The translations under genes were made by a program, and so were the position numbers. Under the pieces are notes generated by a model. The model searched no databases. It saw only the letters and a list, made by a program, of their open reading frames with translations, and was not told the origin of the DNA. A stretch of DNA of 64,000 nt from the human T2T-CHM13v2.0 reference genome, Homo sapiens. Location: the NCBI RefSeq assembly GCF_009914755.1, contig NC_060933.1, one strand, 5' to 3'. This document shows, piece by piece, positions 55,955 to 64,000 of this stretch. Within the stretch, counting starts at the first letter, position 1. Each line of letters starts with the position of its first letter.

Positions 55955-57420
55955 CCTTTCATCTGTCCAAGTGCTAAACACATTCTAGGTGCTGGAGACA
56001 TGAGAGTGAGCAAAACAGACAAAAATCCTTACAATCATGCAACTTAACATTATAATCAGGTAAAGCAGAAATATGTGCAAGTAAAATATATATCTTGTCA
56101 AGTACTGCTAAGCATTAGGGATAAAAATAAAGCTTGCAAAGAGGGGAAGGAAGAAAGGGAGAAGAGGCCTGCAGTTTTAAATAGGGAAGTTAGGTAAGAC
56201 TCTACTGATAATCTGACATTTGAGCAAACCATGTGGGTATCTGGAGGTAGAGTGTTTGAAGCTGACGGAACAGCAAGTGCTACCATGCTGAGCTGGGAGC
56301 ATGCTAGTGTGTTTAATAGAGAGCAAGGAGGTGATGAGACTGGAGTGGACTGAACATGGAAATTAATAGGGAATGTGTAGAGAGAGGGCCAGATTACACA
56401 GGACCTCATAGACTGTGTTTTTCCTGTGATTCAAGTGGGAACCTCCTAGGAGCAATAGAGGAACTAATGCCCATATTGCCTGGGTTTGGATCCCAGCTTT
56501 GCCACTTACCAGCTGTGCGATCTTGGGCACAATACTTAACCTTACTGGGCCTCTGTTGCCTCCTCTTTGAAGAAAGTAATAGTATCTTCTTCATAGACAT
56601 CATGATGAAATGGCATAATATAAACAAAGCACTTTGGACAGTGCCTGATACATACTAATTATATAGTATATATTGTGTACCATATATACACAAATACACA
56701 TATGTGTGTGCATATATATATATATATACTGTGTGTGCATATATATATACTGTATGCATATATATATACTGTGTATACATACACACTGTGTGTATACATA
56801 TATACACACTGTGTGTGTGTATACGTATATACACTGTGTGTGTATACGTATATACACTGTGTGTGTATATATATACATATACTCTGTGTGTGTGTATATA
56901 TATACATATACTCTGTGTGTGTGTGTATATATATATACTGTGTGTGTATATATATAGCAGGTTATATATATACGTGTATACATATATATGTGTGTGTGTA
57001 TATATATATACACACACACACACATGCACACACAGTAGCTGGTTGGCACTTGGAAGTCTCACTCTGGCTGCTGTTTGGAGAAGTGACTATAGCAGGAACA
57101 AGGATAGGAACTATTTATCTAATGTAGCCAAGAGATGATAGTGGCTCAGGCAAGGACAGTAGCAGCAGAGATGGTAAGAAATGGTCAGATTATAAGATAA
57201 TATCTTGAAAGTCAAATCGATGAGCACAGATTGGGTATGAGGTGTAAGAGTCGAGGAAGACTGCAGGCCTTTTGCCCTCAGCAGCTAGCGGGCTGGCACT
57301 GACATTTACCAAAGGAAGGAAGAATGTGAGAGATAATTTTTTGAGGGAAATCAGAAATCCAGATTTTTGACATGTTATGTTTGAAGTGCCTATTGGTCAT
57401 TTACATGAATTTGACTCTGC
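55955..57420 (-). mobile_element. L2 split by a MIR (+, about 56470-56655) and a microsatellite
   Basis: ttctaggtgctggagac…gagcaaaacagacaaaaatcc; resumes at about 57055 tcactctggctgctgt…ccaagagatgatagtggct. Confidence 0.8.
56660..57033. repeat. Compound (TA)/(TG)/(CA) micro/minisatellite
   Basis: Recurrent ~21-27-nt units of the form tatatac(a/t)ctgtgtgtgtata(c). Confidence 0.95.
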
Positions 57421-60298
57421 AGAGGTCATCTTTGTCACAGAGTGAAGCAGGCACAAGATAGTCCAGACTGAAGGAAGGACAGACCTCCCAGAGACAGGGA
57501 CCACCAAATAGAGGAGGAAGCCTTCAAGCATTTGCCAGTTGTGTTGCAGGAATAAGAGACTAACCTTAAATAAAACAGAGTGACCAATGATTTGAATTCC
57601 ATTGCCTGTGCTTGGTACAGATAATTTAGTGAATTAAAAAAAAAAAGCAAAATAAACAGCCAAAATCAATTTCTTTAAGAGCCATCATATAATCCTAAAT
57701 CTGCTTTAAAGTTAGATCAAAATCTCCCTAATGTTGCCTCTTTGAATTCCATGACTATGATAATTACATTCTTTTACCTACTGGTTTATTGCTGTAAAAA
57801 TAAAAGAGATATTATTAAGCAGTAAGATAAGAACTTGTACTCTACACTGTGATACAACCACATATTAAATACTATCTTCAGTGATCGGTAACTGGGTTGC
57901 TTTGGCTGGCTGATTTATGTGTACTTTAGAAAGCATTTAAATGATTTTGTACAACAAGGATGGTTATAATTGACTAAAATGATGCTTATGACAATTTCTG
58001 TAAAAAGTTGGGCAGTGGCCCTTAATCAGGGATGACTAAGTCATGTTTTAATTTTTCATAGTATTAGCTTCGTATTTTTTTATTTCAAGTGCTTTGAAAA
58101 CAGTGAATATTTCTTTTTAAAAAATGCTTTCCATATTCAGAACAAGATTTTGATGACTTAGGGTTGCTGATTGCTTGAAATTTTAAGAGAACTCAAACAA
58201 TAATCTATTATATAACTCTGTAATCAACTCTGTTTTTGTAAAGTCATCTCCCAGTCAACATTCTCATGAGGCTGAGTTAATTTTGTTATTATATGTTTAA
58301 TTCTTGCTTTGCTTAACTTGGGTTAGATAGCTACTGTGTTGTATTAACTTTATTTTTGTGCTTTCATTTTTCTCATTTATCACACATTGTAGTTAATTTC
58401 AGTCATAACCTTTTCTTTTCTCCCTCCCTAAATGCTTTTAAAAATGCTTTCAGCCAGAAGTTGTTCATGTTTACTTGCATCTCAAAGAGCCGTCTTCTGG
58501 AAAATTTAAGCAAAATATATTTAACAATGAGTGTATTTTATGGAGGAAAACAAACTGTTCATTTTTAAAGCAATTAAGTTTGTGCAATAATTGATAAACT
58601 ATAGTTTGGAAACATCCACGTATTTAACTAGTTTTTAATGAGGAATTCTCCTAGGTCACTTAAAGTGAAATAATATGAAAGTGGTAAGTTCTACAAATTA
58701 GCCTAAGTTCTCAAAATTTTTAATTTTTTTAAAACAAATCTCTTCATAAAATGTACTTTCTTATTAATAGATCTAGAGCCATGTGACTATGTAATTTTGG
58801 ATTTGCATTTTATAACAGAAAATTTAAAGTTTTCTATTAGTAGACATGTTTGAGTATAGGATATAGAAAGTTGTATCGTAATTTAACAGTGGTTATTTTG
58901 GAATAGGTGAAATAATGGATATTTAAATACTTTTTGATAATATTTTATGATTTTTCTGTAAAAAGAAAGGTAGAAAATGTCTCTTTTAAGTAGAAGAAAC
59001 TAAGCAATTTGTATCAGTGTTGTATTGCTAAGGTTCTTGGTCTTTTGCAATTAAAAGTTGCAGAACATACAAACAGTATTAGTCACTTATCTGTCCTTTG
59101 GATGAAATAGAAAGCAGTTGCCTATCTCAGGAATTTCAATAAGCAACAATTTGTCCACACCTGATATCTTTGGGCCCTCTAACTTATATTAAACAATCAG
59201 CCCTGGAGGTACCACACTTCATGATCTCAAGATATATTACAAAGCTATAGTAATTAAAACTATGTATTTGCATAAGTACAGACATACAGACCAATGGAAC
59301 AGAATAGAGAACCTAGAATTACATACATACAGGGTCAACTGATCTTTGATAATAGTGCCAAAAACACACAATGGGGAAAGGATAGTCTCTTCAACAAATG
59401 GCATTGGAACAAGTGGATATTTATATGCAAAACAAATGAAATTGTATCTCTATCTTCATATACAAAAATCAACTTTAAGTAGATTAAATACTTAAATATA
59501 AGACTGGAAACTGAAAAATCTGTAGAAGAAAACATAGAGGAAAGTCTTCATAACATTAGTTTTGGCAGTGACTTCATGGATAAGATACTAAATGCACAGG
59601 CAGCAAAAGCAAAATTAGACAAGTCACACCACATCACACTGAAGAGCTTTTAGACAGCAAAGGAAACAATCAACATGGAGAAAATGCAACTTAAGGAAAG
59701 GTAGAAAACATTTACAAATTATATATTCGATAAGGAGTTAAACGCCTACAACTCAATAGCAAAAAGCCTAATAACCCAATTAAAAATAAGATAGGGACTT
59801 GATTAGAAATTTCTTCAAAGAATACATACAAATGATCAACAGGTATATGAAAAGCTGCTCAGTGTCGGTAATCATCAGGGAAATGCAAATGAACACTACA
59901 ATCCACAATGAGATATGACCTCATACCTATTTAGGATGGCTATTATCATAAAAATGAAAGACAACAATGTTGGTAAGTTTGTGGAGAAATTGAAACCTTA
60001 GTACAATGTTGACAGGAATGTAAAATGGAGCAGCCACTGTGGAAAACAGAAAGGTGGTTCCTCAAAAAATTACACATAGAACTCCCATATGATCTAACAA
60101 TCCTACTTCTGGGTATTTATCTGAAAGATTTGAAATCAGGATCTCAAGGAGATATGAGTATCCCCATGTTCATTGCAGGATTAGTTATAATAAACAAGGT
60201 ATGGAAACAACCTAAATGTCTATCAACAGATGAATGGGTACACAAAATGTGGTATATATACACAATGAGATATTATTCATCCTTTAAAAAGAAGAAAA

Positions 60299-60409
60299 TG
60301 AACCCAGGAGATGGAGGTCGCAGTGAGCCAAGATCGTGCCATTGCGCTGCAGCCTGGGCGACAGGAGCGAAACTCTGTCTCAAAAAACCAAAAAAAAGAA
60401 AACAAAAAA
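60299..60409 (+). mobile_element. 5'-truncated Alu right-arm fragment with A-rich tail
   Basis: tgaacccaggagatggaggtcgcagtgagccaagatcgtgccattgc…ctctgtctcaaaaaa. Confidence 0.93.
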
Positions 60410-60845
60410 TTTGTGACTCTGCCAGGTTTTGGTATCAGGATGATGCTGGCCTCATAAATGATAGACTTGATAAAGAAAAGTGGCACATATATACCATGGA
60501 ATACTCTGCAGCCATAAAAAAGGATGAGCTCATGTCCTTTGCAGGAACATGGATGAAGCTGGGAACCATCGTTCTCAGCAAACTAACACAAGAACAGAAA
60601 ACCAAACACTGCATATTCTCATTCATAAGTGGGAGTTGAACAATGAGAACACATGGACACAGGGAGGGGAACATCACACACTGGGGCCTGTCGGGGGGTG
60701 GGGAGCTAGGGGAGGGATAGCATTAGGAGAAATACCTAACGTAGATGACGGGTTGATGGGTGCAGCAAACCACCATGGCATGTGTATACACATGTAACAA
60801 ACCTGAATGTTCTGTGCATGTATCCCAGAACTTTAATAAAAAAGG
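60410..60845 (+). mobile_element. L1PA (about PA7-8) 3' end with a ~50-bp inverted ORF2 piece at its 5' end
   Basis: 60410-60461 minus strand encodes YEASIILIPKPGR; 60457 onward is the sense L1 3' end (aaactaacacaagaacagaaaaccaaacac, cctaacgtagatgacggg). Confidence 0.92.
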
Positions 60846-61299
60846 AAAAGTATGGATGAAACTTGAGAACATTATGCTATGAAATAAGCCAGTCACAGAA
60901 TGACAAATATGGCATGATTCCACTTGTAAAATAGTCAAACTCATAGAAGCAGAGAGTATAATGGTGGTTGTCAGGGTCTAGAGGGAGGAGAAACTGAGAA
61001 TTGCTTATTGATAGAATATACTTTCAGTCACGCAATGTGATAAGCTCTAAAGATCTGCTGTATAAGATCCTGCCTATAGTTAACGATATTGAGTGGTGCA
61101 CTTAAAAATCTGTTATAAGGGTAGATCTGTTAAAAGAGTAGAGCTCAGGTTAGGCTTTTCTTACTATAATTTAGGTTAAGGTTGGTAATTATAATTTATA
61201 TTAAGTTTGGTAAAATACAGTTCAGAAGTTGTTACAGTGTTTTAGCATTTGTTAGCACTTTCATTTTTAGTTTAAATGCTTGGTATTAAAAATTACTTG

Positions 61300-62005
61300 T
61301 TAACACACCCATAGGATGTCTATTATGAAAAAGAAAAAGAAAGTAAGTATTGGCAAGAATGTGAAGAAATTGCTGGTAGGAATATAAAGGTTGCAGCTCC
61401 CTTACAAATAAAAGTATGCCACTTCCTCAAAAAATTAAATGTAGAATTACCATGTGATTCAGGATTCCACTCCTAGGTATAAACACAAAAGAATTGAAAG
61501 CAGGGACTCAAATAGATATTTATAAATGAATGTTCATAGCAGCATTATTCACAATAGCCAAAACAGGAAAGCAACTCATGTCCACTGACAGACCAATGAA
61601 TAAACAAAATAGGGTATATACACTGAATAGAATATTATTCAGCCTTAAAAAGGAAATTCTGACTCACACTGCAACATGGATGAACCTTGAAGACATTATG
61701 CTAAGTTAAATAATTCAGTCACCAAAGGATAAATACTGGATGTTTCCATTTATATGAGGTACCCAGAGTAGTAAAATTCAGAGACAGAAAAATAGAGTGG
61801 TGGTTGCCAGAGGCTTGGAGGAGATGGGAAATAGGGAGTTAGCATTTAATAGGTACAGAGTTTTAATTGCGGAATGTGAAAAAGTTCTGGAGCTGCATGG
61901 CGGCAATGGTTACAACAATATGAATATACTTAATACCAGAGAACTGTACACTAAAAAATGGTTTAAAATGGTAAATTTTATGTATCTTTAAACACAATAA
62001 AAATA
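61300..62005 (+). mobile_element. L1MB 3' end
   Basis: agaattaccatgtgattcag…aatgttcatagcagcattattcacaatagcc…gaaaaagttctggag…aaaatggtaaattttatg. Confidence 0.9.
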
Positions 62006-62279
62006 ACTGGAAAGTCATTCCCATTCCTGCTTGACATTTAAGACCCTTTCCAACTTTATCTCTGCCTTCTCTCCTTCCTCCCCCTGGCGTTTTCCTTGCT
62101 TTTTTCTGGTGGTTTTCTTGTTCCTCATAACCACATGACCCTTCTTATTCTGGGCTGTGTACACATGGAACACTGTTCATGTAGCTTCTCTCTCACTTGC
62201 TTTCGCAGGTTCTCCTCAATGGTACCTTCTCCATTAAGCTTTTCTCTCCAACTTGAAAGAATCTTTAGTTAAATAAGTA

Positions 62280-62294
62280 GTGTGTGTGTGTATA

Positions 62295-62324
<30 letters not shown>
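62280..62324. repeat. Interrupted (TG)n microsatellite
   Basis: Direct reading. Confidence 0.95.
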
Positions 62325-62325
<1 letters not shown>

Positions 62326-62639
62326 ACCTAACTTCAAATCAGCCAATTACTGGATATAAATTGGTAGTCAACCATTAGCCCCACGGTACTGTTTTTTGTT
62401 TGTTTTTTGTTCTTGGTATCACTGACACAATTTTTCACTTTAAGCCAAGTTCCTTACATAAAGTTTATATGGTGTCTTCTTTTTGATTATATTATATCTT
62501 ATTTATATGGTGTCTCATCTTGGTAGTGTTATTTTTTGGAAAGGGTCTGGCTGAAGTGTCATGATAACAAATTATCATTCATATTTTATAAAAAAGGAAC
62601 ATCAAGGAGGCAAGTCTTTGAATTAATAAACCTATATAG

Positions 62640-63010
62640 AGTCTTGAATTTCACCCTGGCCTCTGGCTGTGCCCTTCTGCGATCTCTGAATGTGGATTTA
62701 ATTTCCCTCATCTTGGGGTTTTCTCTCTGTAAATCAGGACCTTCCTTGTACTATGGAGAATAAGCTGTAACATCATCACACAGTGTCTAGGACACTAAGA
62801 CATTAGAGTCAGTGACATTTGGGTCCTGATGCCAGTTTTAACATTTAGCTGTGTATCCTTGTCCATGTCACTTAATTTTTTTGGATTATTAGTTTTCTCA
62901 CATGAAAATGAGGATAGCCATCACAGTGAACTTATAGAGCAATGTGGCATGAGTAATTGGTGAACACAGTGTGCTATTAAAAAGTAAAGGGGCATTATAA
63001 TTATTAAAGC
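62640..63010 (+). mobile_element. Two adjacent MIR fragments
   Basis: ccctggcctctgg…tctctgtaaa; tagagtcag…tagctgtgtatccttg…gtcacttaa…tgaaaatgaggata. Confidence 0.7.
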
Positions 63011-63329
63011 ACAGTCCCTTCCATCTAGTAGCAAGAGAGTCCTTGCGCCTAAAATGATGAATAAGAAAACAGAGCAGCACGGGTATTGTGAGTGAGTGAG
63101 TGAGTGGTATAATTAGTGAACGCTAGAGAGGCTGCAAGGAAATCACAAAGGTCCAAGACAAGCTTTTAATTTTAGGAAATCTCATGAACTTCTCTCTTGA
63201 TTACATTCTTTGGGAATGATCTGTGTCAGTTTCTAATTGTAATTTGATATTTCCTCTGATATTTTTGTTCATCTGTAGATACATCTGGGATACTACATCC
63301 CCAAGCAGCTTGGGATTACCTGAAAAAAT

Positions 63330-63630
63330 AATCATTCAAAAAATGTTTGCTTGGCATCGTCTATACTTGGGGCTCGGCTCTGGGGAAAATGAAATGAATA
63401 AGACATTGACTTTAGATCACAGATCTCTCAAGACAGTTGGGGAAGACAGACATATAAAAAGGCAATTGTAGCTCAACATGACAAAAGCTATAAGGTACCC
63501 AAGGCTGTGAGAGCACAGGAGAGACAGAGATTATCTCTCTGGGAAGGCGAGGAAGGCTTCGCAAAGGAAGTGACATTTTTATTGGGTCATAAAGAATGAG
63601 TAGAAAGTATCAGGCAGAGAAAATGATTTC
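63330..63630 (-). mobile_element. L2 3' end
   Basis: tcattcaaaaaatgttt…atgaataagaca…ggaaggcttcgcaaaggaagtgacattt. Confidence 0.8.
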
Positions 63631-64000
63631 AGCAATATAGTTGAATTAGGGAAATGCGTGTACACACACATACATGTATTTGTTCCAAAGTCAAACATGA
63701 ATTATTTTGGGGATTATCTTCTGTCTTTGGTCCATACCACTATTTCTTTTTTTCTTGATGTGGATAATTGAGAAATGACTCCAGTGATACAGGAATAAGC
63801 TCTTGTGCCTGGCATTTGCACTTTGGATTTTCCCAGTCTTTCCCCAATACTTGTGGTCCAAAAGCTCCTAGTAGAGAATTTTTCATTTGCTCCAGAATTC
63901 CCCAGTTTCACTTCCCACAAAGATAGTCTAGTCAGGATACTTTGGGCCACCAACATAATAGAAAGTTGCCAAAATAAATGTTTTCCATCAAGATTTCACA

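Larger units (their letters stand above)
59203..61175 (+). mobile_element. L1MA (about MA8-9) ORF2 3' part and 3'UTR, interrupted at 60299-60850
   Basis: Degenerate ORF2 peptides (QGQLIFD…WGKDSLFNKW; QPLWKT…LKKLHIELPYD…LLGIY); L1MA tail agatctgctgta…tatagttaac…gtagatct. Confidence 0.9.

Noticed and set aside
56600-57138. Y/I/H/T/C/V-rich ORFs up to 150 aa, and a CRISPR-like appearance
   Set aside because: Stop-free translation of a dinucleotide array; no unique spacers, no cas genes, eukaryotic context.
60025-60639. 204-aa ORF, the longest in the window
   Set aside because: Accidental read-through across L1MA, Alu, inverted L1 and L1PA pieces; no promoter or splice support.
62464-62515. tttatatggtgtct repeated twice
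   Set aside because: Short AT-rich local duplication with no evident significance.

Overview
Primate, human-like, non-coding genomic DNA (a large intron or intergenic region). I find no intact protein-coding gene, RNA gene, CpG island or CRISPR array, and I cannot name the locus. Much of the window is interspersed repeat. It holds a 5'-inverted (twin-primed) L1PA inserted into an old minus-strand L1 5'UTR/ORF1, a short young L1PA, old L1M 3' ends, seven near-full-length Alus plus two Alu fragments, many L2 and MIR relics, MaLR LTRs, DNA transposons (MER2, MER20, MER33, MER5) and a CR1/L3 relic. The longer ORFs come from L1, Alu or simple repeats. Four kinds of structure are not explained by that annotation: (1) a ~63-bp near-perfect inverted repeat of apparently unique sequence bracketing ~960 bp at 23.06-24.15 kb; (2) an old ~165-bp local duplication whose best-conserved core is a perfect CArG box in both copies; (3) a composite of Alu, inverted L1 and L1 nested in an L1MA at 60.3-60.85 kb; and (4) several small templated duplications and candidate non-coding exons. 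I see no evidence of a new multi-gene system. Subfamily calls are from memory of consensus sequences and old-repeat boundaries are approximate.
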